Positions 35,757 to 49,745 of a stretch of DNA of 64,000 bases are shown in pieces. Position 1 is the stretch's first letter; each line of letters starts with the position of its first letter. Source of the DNA: Carcharhinus amblyrhynchos. Lineage: Eukaryota. The translations under genes and the position numbers were made by a program. The stretch is from positions 13,268,001-13,332,000 of the forward strand of contig OZ336894.1 of NCBI GenBank assembly GCA_965287045.1, in the 5' to 3' direction. The notes beneath the pieces were generated by a model, which was not told the DNA's origin, searched no databases, and saw only the letters and a program-made list of their open reading frames with translations.

Positions 35757-36405
35757 TTGAAGACTGAAGTTATGAGGGGAAGACATAGAGTGGTCAGGAC
35801 AAAATTGTTTTCCTTGGTGGAGAATTCTAGAACCAGGAAACATAGATTCAGGATAAGTGGCAGGGGGCAGCATGGTGGCATAGTGGTTAGCACTGCTGCC
35901 TCACAGTGCCAGGGACTCGGGTTTGATTCCCGGCTTCAGTCACTGTCAGTGTGGAGTCTGCATGTTCTCCCTGTGCTCTGGTTTTCACCCACAGTTCAAA
36001 AGGCATGCTGGTTAGGTGCATTGGCCATGCTAAATTCTCCTTCTGTGTACCTGAACAGGCACCGGAGTGTGGCAACTAGGGGATTTTCACAGAAACTTCA
36101 TTGCAGTGTTAATGTGAACCTACCTGCGACACTAATAAATTTTAAAAAAGGTGTGGAGGGGACATGAGGAAGAACTTTTTTATGCAAAGGGTGGTGGTAT
36201 CTGGGATTCGCTGCTTGAGTTGTGGAGGCAGAACCTCTGAAGTCTTTTAAAAAGTTCCTGGATCTGCACCTTAAGTGCTGTAAGCTACAGGACTATGGGC
36301 CGGGTGCAGTAAGGTAGGATTAGAAAGGGGACCTGGGTGTCTTTGGCTGGCATGGGCAGGATGGACTGAATGGCCTCCTTCTTTGCTATAACTTTTCTAT
36401 AGTTC
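35757..36405 (+). mobile_element. CR1 3' fragment with an HE1-type SINE (35863-36146) inserted
   Basis: KLFSLVENSRTRKHRFRI before the SINE; ATGAGGAAGAACTTTTTTATGCAAAGGGTGG after it. Confidence 0.85.
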
Positions 36406-39400
36406 TAAGTGGGACAAAGCTATCTTTCTAAATCAAATACAACTGTCAATCACAATTGGGTTGAAAGACATTGAAACAGCTTAACTAGCTTTCTTAATGG
36501 AATATTTCTACCTTTACAGCAATGGCTGGCAGGTTCTGTCCAATTATTCAGCAATTCCAAATGATTACCTGCTTCCTTGTTCCAGTGCAATAATCATTAT
36601 TAACTGTTTGTAACACCTGAGTGTTATATACAACATTCATTAAGTTGTCTGCCAAGACAGAAATGACTCAGCTGTCAATGAAGCAGTGGTCTGCAAATCA
36701 TAAAGTGAACTGGATTCTTAAATGTACATGCATCTATATTCCAGCAAGCAGCAATCAATTTAAATTGAATATTAGCTGCCTAGCTATCAAAAATATTTTT
36801 ATGATTTGAAACAAGGCAAGCCTGAAACCTGCTATATAAAATTTATCAACCAGCCTTTTGGTTAATATTATGTTCTGAGAAGTTGCCAATTTTTATTCAT
36901 AAGAATAATTGCTGTGAAATACTTCAAATCCAGGACAACAGTGCAGGAGCTTTACTTCATCGCCTGTCCATTTGTTTGTACTTCAGATATGTATTCGGTG
37001 TAAACCTGCAACAAATTATTAAAAGCAGGAATGCAAATATGGTTTTGGATCCTGTACAGAAGGACCTCTGATTCCATAATCAAAGTTCTGAAGTACTGAA
37101 TGGTGCCAAAACAAAAAAATGTATAATCTCAGACAAATGTAGTGAAATGAATAATTCAAAAATCTTTGGTAGCATGTTCTTCATTGTCCTGTTTACACGC
37201 ATTAAATATATGCTTTAGAAATAGTACAAATTTTGATAATTATCATTCTCCAAAGGATTTAAAAAAGTCTGTGGAATAGCTAAGTCAATAACTAATGGAG
37301 TCAAGCAACCAGTTGATATCAAATTCTTTGTCTCCGTATTCTGACTACTGTTCTGCCAAAAACATAAGAAGCTAGGCTACCATCAGAATAGGCTACAGTT
37401 TTTCTTAAATAGTACAACTTTTCATCACAGCAAAGCTTGCAAATTCCACAAGCTCACTACAGGAACACTGAAGAGCAACAATAAGGGTTCAAGGCCTGAA
37501 AAGCTTTGGGGGCCTAAGAATAAATTGCATTCATTTGTATGCATACTTCTAACCTTCTATAGGGATGTTAGAAGGGCATACAATTGCATGACTCCCACAG
37601 TGCTTCCAGAGTTTTGCTGCAAGCAACATCAACTGCTGAACGGCAGTCAGCTGCAAAAGCAGAAGTTGCTGCCGTTTGCAAAGGGATCTTGTGGGACTAT
37701 TACGTCGCTGCTTTAGAATGTAAATACTCTGCAGTTTGGGCAGCTGAATTGTTCATATAAATTACACGTGGCATTGTTACCACACCCCATATACCCAGGA
37801 CTTTGGCTTCTGAAACAAATGGTGTTCTCTGAAAGATATTCCACAGTGGAAAGTTTTGAGGGAAATGAAAGTAACCTACAATCCTGTCCATTCATACAGG
37901 TATTTGGAAATCTTTAACAAATCCTAGATTAATCACCTGGCCTCTGCAGGTCGCCTTTCCTTGATAGCACAATGGGGGCCATTAATTAATAATGCAATCA
38001 CCAATAGAAATCCACATTACTTTATAGGGTTGGGTAGCACACTGGAGTATCAACACAATGAACCAATGCATCTTTGTCCCAGTTTTGACCAATCCCTTAG
38101 TCAGTAGTCATATAGCCGCTCCAGTTTTATGCAAATCTGGTTATAAATAACTTAAAGGTACCTTGATGCATTGTATTTCATGGAGTTCCACTTTTAAATC
38201 TATATGTTATCCTTTTGATCCCTTCATCTTTAAATAGTCCCTTCAAGGATCGGGTGCACAGTGAAGTTCAGGCTAAATTTCAGTTTTTTAATAATGAACC
38301 ACTATGATTTTTAACTGATCTTTAGTTCAGTAAATTCTTAAAATCTTAATATGTAATTTATAACCTCTACAGTGAGATAGTAAAACAAACATTGGGTTGT
38401 AAATTTTGGCCAACAACACCGCATGTCATTGACTGCGGAGGAGTCAGATGTTGTGCATCATCTTCACTGTTCTCACTTCAATGATTGACATTTGCAGACA
38501 GCAGTTAGATACTATCAGCCACTATTGAGACATAACTACAATGAAATTGCTGCACAAGAATGATGGCTATAAGGCCAGCTTCTATGCTGTATCATTCTAT
38601 GAAAATGGGTGGTACATTTATTTTTAAAACTAAAACTATTTTTAAAACTAAAAAGCATTACATTCAGAAGAACAACAAATATTGAGGAATATAAGCCAAG
38701 CTATAAGGCAAGCAACTTCCCTTCTAATTTCAAAGTAAGTTGTGTTGGCTTTTATAACAGTTGAAGCCCTTAGTCTAGGTTCAATACTTGACTATAATCT
38801 GACACCTTTATTCACAATCTGTGTATTATGATTTATTTTTTATTAGATATTAACTTAACTTTAGAAAAACACATTGAAGTAATAACTCACACTTATGACT
38901 GTGGAAATGGATCAGCATTACCTTTCCTCCCTCCTCTCCTAGTAGGGTACAGTTCCACAGGTTCTGGCAACACATTGCTACCTTAGTGGCCAGTATTCAA
39001 ATGAAAGCATAGACATTGAATGTTGGCAGGCATTTTGATTTTGATGCATAACTTCAACCAGTGTCCACACAAGTTAATTTTCCATGCATCACTGGATAGT
39101 AATTAGGAGTGGGAATCCTCACCTTTGCCACCAGAAGCGAACTGTTGTAATTCCATTGTCACTCTGGTCCAGATCAACTAACTCAGCACAAACCAGTGAT
39201 CTAACCTCGGATTCTCCTGATTTATGTGGCTCACATCATGCTGCCTTGTATCCCTGAACCATTTGGGAATCTTTTTTCAAAATAACTTTTGATATTTCTA
39301 TTTTCATCTTTGAGGAATTGTTCTATTTAAATTAACATATGTTAACATAAATATTGCAAGTACATCCCATTCATGTGATCCCTGAGCTTACCAGAAAAAG

Positions 39401-39923
39401 AAAAATTGGCCTACTCAATTAGGAAAGTCAGAATTTCCCTTACTTGGAAAATTTCTGAGAAAGCTTTGCAATTGATCAGCAGACCAATTTACGATTGCCA
39501 TATTTATTACCAGCTATGTTGAGGTCAGCATAACCATTCTGCAAGTCAGGCAATTACCTGTTGGGGGAGCTCAGCCCATGATGTTTTGGAACCAATAGCA
39601 CTCCTGGATTTCCTGATTGTGAAAATGGACCAAAAACCTGTTATCAACAATAAATAAATCCAAATAGTAGAGTTGTTACGCAAATGTAGATGATAACCTT
39701 TTGAGGATTCCAGTAGCATTCGTAGAAGTGATGATTTATTGCTAAGAACATAAATTCAAAATTGTTTTTCTTTCAGTGTAACTTCCTAATTCTGCTTCAT
39801 CGCATTCATCTTTTAAAATCTATCAGATAAAACTGTTGCACATCTTTGTATTTGACATTCTGTGCAGGCTTTTCAAAGGTTCTCACCAGATTTTAAAATT
39901 ATACTGTAGGAAAAGAAAATACA

Positions 39924-40360
39924 GAGGGTGAAGTTTTCCAAAATAAATTGCAAAGTGTCGAGTTCTGACTGAAAATCGGAGAAACAGGCCGATTTTCTCT
40001 CCAGATCTTTAGACTCCTTGTCAAAAAAAGGCAGGGAGACGTGTTTTGTGGCTTCATTCCTGAGGGGCGGGACCGAAAGAGGTTGGCAAACCTGGCTCTG
40101 CAGAGATTGGAACACTGTTTTTAAAAGCCCCAGTCTCAAATTAAAGCTAAAACTCCATTCCCCGAGGGAGAGGGGGAGCATACAGTGAACCCAGAAGGTA
40201 AAGTGTTATGCCGTTTATTTAAATTCATGGTAATCAGCCAGAGGGCGAGATCTCATTTTGAGATCTCCCTGATACAAATCCCATTATGGCTCTCTCAAGA
40301 GAATTAGTGGCCATATTGGGATTTGTGTCCATGACAAAGGGGGCCGGAAAATCACCCCTA
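39924..40360. mobile_element. Non-autonomous TIR element (MITE-like)
   Basis: Ends AGGGTGAAGTTTTCC / GGAAAATCACCCCT; its left end resembles that of 61070-62234. Confidence 0.55.
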
Positions 40361-41327
40361 GAGTCTGCTTCCAGTTCACATTTCCAATTTAAGGAGCACA
40401 AACCACAGATTCATGAATGAGGAGAAACACTACGAAGAAGTTCTACTTCATAGGTTTGCAGTACAGTAACTAAGGGAAACAATGCCCAATTCTATTTAGT
40501 TTGCAGTAAAAATGAATGCCTCCTGATTGCACACTTAGGGTGAACAACGGACCTACATAGATAAAGAAAACAAATTTACTCTATTGTTTAGACCATGAAG
40601 TACATGCATCAATCACTCTGTTAATTTAATATTAAATATGGAAGAATAAGTTAAAGTAGTACGGAAATGAACTAAGGGTTCAAGACAAAAACTGACTGCA
40701 AGGTGCATAGAATCTCCAATGAGAGTGAACCGAAGGGACAGTGATTTTGTTTTTAAATGTAACTCTGACTTTCAATACTCTTTATTCTCTGTTGTATACA
40801 GCTATGCTATGTGGGATATTAGAATAGTAGAAATTCAGCATTACACTCTTAGCCCCATTTACTCTACAGCTGCATATTCCCATTTGTTCAAAATTGCAGC
40901 TAATTCTAAACACAGTCCCCTGGGTAAATGGTATCCAATTGTGATCTGGAATAAAGATTACCACCTTTGGGATGTAGAGTTAGTTCAAGCTGCAAAGCAT
41001 GAGATTTACATTGGACTGATATAAATGCAAAATACTTTTACCTAGCATTTTTCAGAGCAAATAAAATCTCATCACTTACACTAACCAATCTGTTCGGTTG
41101 CTACTAACTGATGCATAAAGCGTTGCAAGTAAACTACTTTCAGTTTGGAAACCCCTACAATCTGGATTATAAACATGACACCTTATATACCAAACTACAA
41201 ATATACTTCATTATAGATTCATGACTATAAGAGTGACAGAACCCACGTGTGACATTTGCTTTACAATATATTCTTCATTATGACACATTTTGTTCTACAA
41301 GTCCCCAGGTTATTACTGGGTAATAAG

Positions 41328-41662
41328 TAAAATACTGCAGATGCTGGAAATCTGAAACAAACAAAAATTGCTGGAAACATAACAGATCAGTCAGCGGATG
41401 TGAAGCAAATGGACAAGCTTATACTTTGGATGTGGATTCTTCCTTCAACCTGTAAAGAACTGGCATCATTATATCAGAGACAGGGGAGTTGGAAATGGGT
41501 ACTGTCCATCAAACTGAGACCCTGTCTTATGTTATTCATTGGCAATTTCCATCCATATTTGTATTTCCAGTCTCCTCCTTTGCAGTCCTAATATGTCTGT
41601 CCATTCTTTTCATAAACGTAGGTTGACCTGTTGTATGCTTCCAGAATTTCCTGATTTTTGTC
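41328..41662. mobile_element. Penelope-like remnant with inverted arms
   Basis: AAATACTGCAGATGCTGGAAATCTGAAAC at the left; mirrored TTCCAGAATTTCCTGATTTT at the right. Confidence 0.6.
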
Positions 41663-42512
41663 CCAAAATAATTGTGTTGTTTTCAAAAATCATATGTTAA
41701 TAAATAAGTTTCAAAATTCAAGGCATTATGATGCGCTAGCTCACCAATGAAGACAGCAAAAGCTAGTCTTAGCAACAGCAGAAGAGCAACACAATGTCAC
41801 TAGCACTCTAGAAAAGAGTGCTATATCTGTCTGGTTCTGCATTCAGTGTGATTAAGGGAATCTGACCACAATAGATCAGTGCAAGGCAGTTTGACTCGAG
41901 AGCTAGGTGGAATGGGAATCCCTCCTCCAGGAAGAATCATTTTTATTTGCTCTGGAATCAGGTGATCCCAATTCTGTACTTGTATTACAACACCTTCCTC
42001 AAGATATGAAATAAAACAACCTTGCTTCAATTGTATGAGCCTTAGGAAGCACTTAGACTAACTAAAACATTTTATGAAGGACAGTTTGCAGGATGTATTG
42101 GGAGCCACAACAAGGAATTATAGTGAAACTTTTTGGTACATCTCAGAAAAGGATGAGAGGAGGACGTGAGTTGGGACTTCCTGCTTCCTGAAGTGCAGCA
42201 TGGGCCTTTTTGGAAAGAGGTGGTGAAAGGATATTGATGCAGGCTGTTTGTTCAAACCCTGAAGGTCCAGATTTAAAAAATAAATAGGATTAGACAATGG
42301 GTGAGAGTGGAATTACATGGGGTCTTGCAGGTCTTCGTGGAGGTCAAACCCGATGGTGGCCAGATGTTGGAATTTAAGCAGCGTGGGACAGATGTCTTTG
42401 ATGTGCATCTGCAGTGGTACAGTAACCTTTCAGTCCAGTGCAGATGAAGTGCCTCCCAGCGATTCCTGCAAACTTCAACAAGGACCAACGCTGCTCTGTG
42501 CAATCCATTGCT

Positions 42513-42772
42513 GATTTTTGATTTGATTTGATTTATTATTGTCAAGTGTATTAGTATACAGTGAAAAGTATCTTGTGTGCTACACAGACAAAGCATACCG
42601 TTCATAGAGAAGGAAACGAGAGAGTGCAGAATGCATTGTTACTGTCATAGCTAGGGTGTAGAGAAAAATCAACCTAATGTAAGGTAGGTCCATTCAAACG
42701 ATTGATGGCAGTAGGGAAGAAGCTGTTCTTGAGTCGGTTGTACGTGATCTCAAACTTTTGTATCTTTTTCTG
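42513..42772 (-). mobile_element. LINE 3' end, probably Rex1/Babar-like
   Basis: (GATTT)n microsatellite tail next to the polyA-signal complement TTTATT; body GGGAAGAAGCTGTTCTTGAGTCGG. Confidence 0.55.
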
Positions 42773-44979
42773 CTGTTCCTGGAATTGTGATACACTTTTT
42801 TTGGGGGGGACCTACAGTTCAATCAATAAACTATTTTGCAGTATTGATTATCTTACTGTCATTAGTTGGAGCTGATGTAGAACTGACATTGTAGAAAAGT
42901 ATGTTTTCATTGATTTACAAGATCAAACTTTGTTTTCTTTCTATGGAAGAATGGATGGAATAGTGACAATATAGGGACATTTAAGTTTGTATTCTGAAAA
43001 AAAAAGTAATTTCAGTCATTCACCTGTGCAGTTTCTAACCAAATTGACACAAACCTGATTATTGTCAAACTTCCCATGCACTAATCTCACCCAGTTCATC
43101 TGATGGTACTGATAAAATGGTTATCAGATTAGGCACCAATGAAAAGTGCAATCCCCCTCGTAGTTAGCATTTAGATTGACAGGACTGAGCTATAATGTGC
43201 TTCAAAGCTGAAGCCTGCCTGAATAAAGAGGATTAATTCTTGAGCCAGCATGCTTCATTGGAGCTCTCATTACCAAACTTTGTCGGTGTCGATGTTAGAT
43301 TTGATTGAAGATTATAGCATTTAGACTCCCCCCATTTTCTGCAGATATTGGACCCATTGAATTTTCATACAGCAGGGACATGGTCAATACTCCAGCCTTT
43401 ATCCTCTAATTCTGCTTCATTGAAACTTCATCAACTTCCCCAATGAACTGGAAGAGGGAAATAGGCTTCACAAGAAACATCTTTCTTTTGTCAGATAATT
43501 TATTCACTTCCCGCTCCCTGACGCTGAAAATTAGATTACAGTATTTAAATGAAAATGATAATCGAATGGGAGCCTTAATCAGCCAGTGAGGTTAATATTT
43601 TTGAACAGAACAAAGACGAAAAGCACAGGAGCATGACACACCCCAGGGAATTTCAACTTCAGATCTGCATTTCTCTTGTGTTTTTCTTTTTTAGTTCTTC
43701 AACTTCAAAGCTCTGTGCTGCTGTTGTTTTTTGTGTAATGATTTGGTGATTAGTTGTAAGCTGGCAGGGCGGATCTTTCTGCCAGTGAGGGTGGATTGAG
43801 TTTAAATGATGTTTTACATCACTAATAATTAAAGCAATAGTCGGCCTCCCCTCTGTTAGTTAATGAAGTGGAAAACAAGGGAAGGGTTACAGGAAACAAA
43901 TTATTAAAAAATTGTCTAATGCCCTTTCTTACTCCAACTAGGTGAATGATCCTTACTGTCCCCTTTGGCTTTAGCAACAATGTTATTATACTGTCAAGCT
44001 TTAGATAGACAGTTTTCATGATGCTACATTTATCTTTTTTTCCCATAGCCATCCATTACAAAGTTAAACATAATGTTGGCCCTGTTAAGGAGTAAATATG
44101 AATGACATTTGATATTTTCAGATAATTTGATTCAAACTATGATTACTGAGTGCAGTGATCTGGTTCACCTGCCCCTATCAACCAGTGTTGTCTCTAAGTG
44201 GAATCAGGCTCTGATAATCCTCCTTGTTGCTGATATTGAAAAGTTGTTGAAACACCTCACTCACAACAACCTACAGTATTATGTGAACACCAAATCAGGT
44301 AACCTCTGATTTCCTGTTTCATCAACAAAAAAAACTGTTTTCTTGACATCCAGCAGGAAATTCTAAAAGAGCTTTAGATTTCTAAACTCTTTTAATCGGT
44401 TATGATATTTCAAACTCTTTGAGAATCTAGCCTACCATGGTATTTCAATAGAACTGTTGAACTGGATATTTTTCCTTTAAGGGAAGAAGAAGAAAGAACT
44501 TAGATTTATATGGCACCTTTCATTACTGCAGGAGTGATACAAACATTGAGTAATGATAACATGTACAGGGGATTCTCAGGAAACTATGTTTTGCCTAACC
44601 TGTTTCCTGGTTCCTGTAATAACCCGGTGAATGTAATTGGTGGTGATTTTGTTTCCTGCAAGTGGTTAAATCTTCATCTGAAAGACAACAACTTTTGGTA
44701 GATATGGACAAAGTGTGGTTAAATGGTATGCTGGCTTTAACATTGAGGAGAACTTCCAAGACAAGTTGACACTGAGTTTGCTCATTGGTATTAAGGGTTG
44801 TAAATTTTCTTCAAATTACAAACATCCAACTACTGTTGTATTACATTTAATCAATGGTGAACAAACAAGTGGACATTCTATGACAAGCAGTAGTCTTGTT
44901 TAACAAGCTGAAGAATGCACCTATCTTACTCTTGGACTCTGTGGTGTAGACGCGTGGACTTGATAGCGAGAGAGAGACA

Positions 44980-45110
44980 TAAGCTGGAATTCTACCATCT
45001 TGCCCGCCACAGGAATTGGAGAGGGCGAGGGGCGGACAGTGAGAAGGTCTGTTGACCTCAGGTGGGATTCTACAGCCTTGCTTATCACAAAACCATAAAA
45101 TCCCACCCAT
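44980..45110. mobile_element. Short MITE-like element
   Basis: GCTGGAATTCTACC...GGTCTGTTGACCTCAGGTGGGATT...AAAATCCCACCC; related to ~24400-24515 and 29398-29458. Confidence 0.55.
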
Positions 45111-45159
45111 TTAGAGAAGGAAATGAAAAGAAAGAGAAGGCAAGCAAGAGAGAGAGAGA

Positions 45160-45520
45160 AGATTTGCATTTCTATGACATCTTTCTTGATCTCGGAAATT
45201 CCAAAAATGTTTTACATCCAATGCAGTACTTTTGAGTCACTGTTGTTATATAAGAAATATGGTGCTCAATTTGTGCATAGTAAGTTCTCAGAAAAAAAAA
45301 TTGTGAAAATGACCAGATCAACAGATTTTTTTTCAATGTTGATTGTGGCAGGGACACCAGGGATAACTCCCTTTCACTTCTCAGAAATAGTGCCATGGAA
45401 TCTTTTATACTTATCTGAGAGGGCCAAATAGGGCATCTGTTTAATCATCCAATGATGGTATCAGTGGGGCATCATCCAAAAGATGCCATCTTTGACAGTG
45501 CAGCACTGTCTTTATACTGC
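45160..45520 (-). mobile_element. DeuSINE/SacSINE-like SINE
   Basis: Shares GGGATAACTCC...GATGCCATCTTTGACAGTGCAGCAC with 8875-9255. Confidence 0.55.
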
Positions 45521-46439
45521 ACTTCTGTACTGCACAAGTATAAAGAGAAGAGGAGAAAGGGGAAATAAAGTATACTTATATTATGACTGTCACAACCTCA
45601 AGACATCTCAAAAATGCTCCAAATTCAAAATACTTTTGAAGTATGTCCAATATTCGCACAACAAGATCTTGCAAATTATACTGATATGAGCGACAGGGTA
45701 GCTGAGGAATAGATATTGTTCACATTTTTTCATGCGTAAAATTAGTGCTGTATTTGAAATCTTGCTTGACTGATTGTATTACGAACCAGACGTGGTTCTC
45801 TGCAGGATAACTAGAGCACCAACTTGAGATTTGCTAATACTTAAGGTAAGCTTTTATATTTGTGTCACAAACATAAAGACCACAGAAGCTTTAACAAATC
45901 CTTGGATCCAAAAGCTCCAGTAGTATAGGTTCACAAATTCTTTTTCCTGTCTCTAGAACTCTCCCACAGTGCCTTGATCAGAAACTTTGTCACTTGGTTT
46001 CAGAAATGCAGAATCAACCAATGCTTGCGGAACCGCTGGAGAATGCATTAGACAATTGAAAAGCTGTGATTTGCCTACTGATACTCCTGTACATCAATTC
46101 TGTACATTTTTGTTTGTGTTCAAAGTGCCGAAAGTGGTTGATTTCATACAGCTTCTGTTACAGTTGTTACTGCAATCTGTTGTATCAAATAAGTCACCTA
46201 TATAAGAAAATCATGGATCTTTATATAGGGCCATATGTTTCCAGGTTAATTTGCAACATGCTATAAGTTGTATTATTTGTTACCAAATGTTTTATTACAT
46301 TTAATGTGATATACACATGCAAGAAGTTGTTGTATAATTCTGTAGACAAAGTTTGCTTTCTCTTTTAGTGTGTAGTGTTTTCTATTAAGCTGGTCGAAGT
46401 GAAATGACATTATGGTCATTTAATTTGCACCCGCAGGGA

Positions 46440-48500
46440 GCTAACATGTTGTTGTAAGTGACTCTAAGTAGATTAACAAGACAATCCAAAGTGAGACAAA
46501 GACAAAAAATTAACTCCCTTAGGGCTTCAGAGTAAGGATGATCATGGGAAGAATCTTTGAAACTTTAGTAGCCTATCAAAAGGCTGACCAGAGAAGCAGA
46601 GAAAGAATTAAATTGGTTTAACAGCAGATGCTAAAGATTGCAGCAGGAAATTTATCTGCTATTATAGCATCAAGAGAACAATCAAAGAAGAGGTGCTGAC
46701 TTTAAAATGACGCCAGTAGGAATGAAACTGGCGGGAAACTAACCTATTTAATGATTAATTTCTTGAGTAGTTAAATGTGAAGACTATAGTAACACAAACC
46801 AATTTGTAGATGTTCTAGGCAGACATACAGAGCTCAAACTGAACAAATCCCTGGAGATAAATGATATCGATCTAAGGATTCTAAGACAGACTAGGGACAA
46901 AAAGCAATGAAGTACTGACCAACCTGAGTATCCGTTACCATCTCTGATCCATCCTGAGCATTCCTTGCACTCTCTGAAATCTGGGAGTCATTGTATGCTA
47001 AGATTTCTAGATTATTAAAAAAAACTAGTATTTTATCAGTATTCGAGAAAGAAGATATATTTAATCTGTGCAACAACGAACCCTTCAGTTTCTTATCAAT
47101 ATCTGGTAAAATATTGGTTTGCACATTTCCTACATTTCAAAATTGACTATTTTTCACAGTTAATTGGTTGTAAAGCACTCTGGGAAGTTCTGATTCATGG
47201 AAGATGTTTTATATATATATATGCATTTTTTATAGTAATGGACTTGTGCATTAGGAGTTTTCCATTTAACAATAATGTAGAAGACTATATAAAGTAGCAA
47301 ACAATATGAAGAAGTAATATACTAACTGATTTACCACCTGGAATTTAGAGAAATGATATTCCAGGAAAAGTCAAAATCACGAGATGGTTCACCTAGATTT
47401 CCAAAAAGATTTTATATCAAGTTTGTAATGAAAGACTTCCACTGAAATTGAATAAAGTAAAAGCACCAGATTTTTGTGAGTTTGTAAGGATTTTGGAGCT
47501 ATTTAAAAATTGTGGATGGAATCAAATTCCAGGATTCCTGCCCTCATTCATTTCAAAGATATTTGGCAAAATCAGTCATGGAAGGCTATTAATCAATCTC
47601 AAGGTGGTGAATTCAGATTATAACCTGGGAAACAAGTTCAAGGCTAACAAGCAACAAATTCATTTTCAAGGAGTTAGGTTGCGTTGAGAGGGAGTACTGA
47701 GTAGAGTGCTCCAGGGCTCAGTGCTGAGAATACTAGTGTTTCTCATTTCCATACATAACCTAGATTTATACTCAATGCAACATAGTCAAATTTATTGAGA
47801 CCAAATTATTTGGGGAAGTTGAATTGTGGAAAGAGCTCAACAATTATACATTGAATTGGATAAAATAAGTTTGTGGGCAGATAAAATGGCAGATTAATTT
47901 TTTAATGTAGTTAAATGCAAAATATTGCACGTGTAATAGAAAATAAACATCAAATGTACACAATAAATGGTTTTGAAATAGCTAAGGATGAATTAGAAGG
48001 AAACCTATGACTCTTAGTAGACTGTACGCCAAACATGTCCAAACAATACAAAGTGGCAATCAACAAAGGCAATAGAATATTGAACCACATAATCCAAAAC
48101 AGTTCAATACAAGTGGGAGGAAATCATGGATGTACTGAGTACTGCATCCAGTTCTGGTGACTAAAACATAAGGAAGACATTTTAGCGGTGGAGACAATGC
48201 AGAGAAAAGGGCAGGAGGCTGATCTCAAGTTCTGTAGAAAGACTGGAATGATTTGAGATTTTCAGCTTGGGAAGGAAACATTGAGAGGTGATGTTATGGT
48301 ATTATAATAAGCTAGCAAATGGTATGTTATATGACTTGAAATTCAGTTTGGTAGCTACACAAAGAGTCTTAGCTTCAAACTATTAAGAGGAAATGTCAAG
48401 ATTAACATCAAGAAGATGTTCATGCAAAGGGTGATCAAGACTTGAAATGGACAGGCAGATTAGTGTTGTTGAAATCATTGGATACCTTTTAAAGAATGGG
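46440..48500 (+). mobile_element. Highly degraded CR1-like LINE
   Basis: Remnants such as CTAGATTTCCAAAAAG (LDFQK), GTGCTCCAGGGCTCAGTGCTG (PQGSVL-like) and GAGTACTGCATCCAGTTCTGG (EYCIQFW). Confidence 0.65.
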
Positions 48501-48589
48501 GAGATGCAATAATAGGGCAAACTGTCAGCTGCTCCAAAATATTTTCCCTTGATATTCAAATGCATTGCAATCACCAAAATCCCCTATCA

Positions 48590-49092
48590 TCAAGATCTAG
48601 TCAATGACTGTTGAATGGAAACTCAATTAGACCAGTGGATAAATATTATGGCTACAGGAATTGATCAGAGACTGAATACGCTACAATGAGTGGCTCATCT
48701 CCTAATTCCCCAAAGCAACTACAAGACAGAAGTCAGGAGTGTAAGAGAAAATTCTCCACTAGTCTGGAAAGATGCAACTGCACCAATATTTGTAAAGTTC
48801 AACACCATCCAGAACAAAACAATCCACTTCATTAGATTCTCATCCATTACCTTACCCATCCAATCGTCTATCACCACTGTTACACAACATTAGTATGACA
48901 CCTTCAAATTCCCCTGTTCTGTCTTAATCATAGATCGCCATTCTTTCATTGTCATTGAGTCCAAATCCTAAAAGTCCTTCATCACACAACTGCCATGATT
49001 TAAGGAAAAGGCCTGCCACCACTTTCTCTGGGCAAGAAGGGCTACGGAATAAATACCAGCTTTCAAGCATTGCCCACATACCTTAAATGAAT
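48590..49092 (+). mobile_element. LINE 3' fragment (CR1/L2 group)
   Basis: CAAG...GTCAGGAGTG...AACACCATCCAGAACAAA body and AATAAATACCAGC...GCCCACAT tail. Confidence 0.6.
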
Positions 49093-49461
49093 TTTAATGT
49101 GCAAGGTACTTCACATTCAATAGGAAAATTGGGCCATATGTATGTTACGGATGTACAGAGTTTGCTCAAGGTAGAGAAGGAAAGGATCTGCAGTAAGAGT
49201 AGGTTCTGAACATAAATTACCATGGGACAGCAGTAAACAAAGCAAGTAGAGTGGTTAAATGTAAAGATTGAAAAATATTGTGAGTTTGTGGTTTTTTTCC
49301 CGACATTTTTATTCCCAACCAGTACTGAACTGTTCGAAAAGAAATAATGTACCAGCTGGTTTCAAGAAGGGCAGTGCATTCAGTGAAGAGCAATTCAAAG
49401 CCTATAATATTGGCACACCGGACTGAGATCTCTTTTCCATTTTTATAAAACATCTTGCAAT

Positions 49462-49745
49462 GACCTGGGTCCCAGGTTCAATTCCAGCCTCAGATCACTG
49501 TCTGTGTGGAGTCTGCACATTCTCTCTGTGTCTACATGGGTTTCCTCTGGGTGCTCTGGTTTCCTCCCACAGTCCAAAGACGTGCGGTTTAGGTTGATTG
49601 GTCATGCTAAATTGACCCTAGTGTTGGGGGGGGGATTAGCAGGGTAAATGCGTAGGGTTGCAGGAATAGGGCCTGGGTGCGATTGTGGTCGATGCAGACT
49701 CGATGGCCCGAATAGCCTCCTTCTGTACTGCAGGGATTCTATGAT
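49462..49745 (+). mobile_element. HE1-type SINE, 5'-truncated
   Basis: GGTTCAATTCC B-box through tail GGGATTCTATGAT. Confidence 0.88.
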
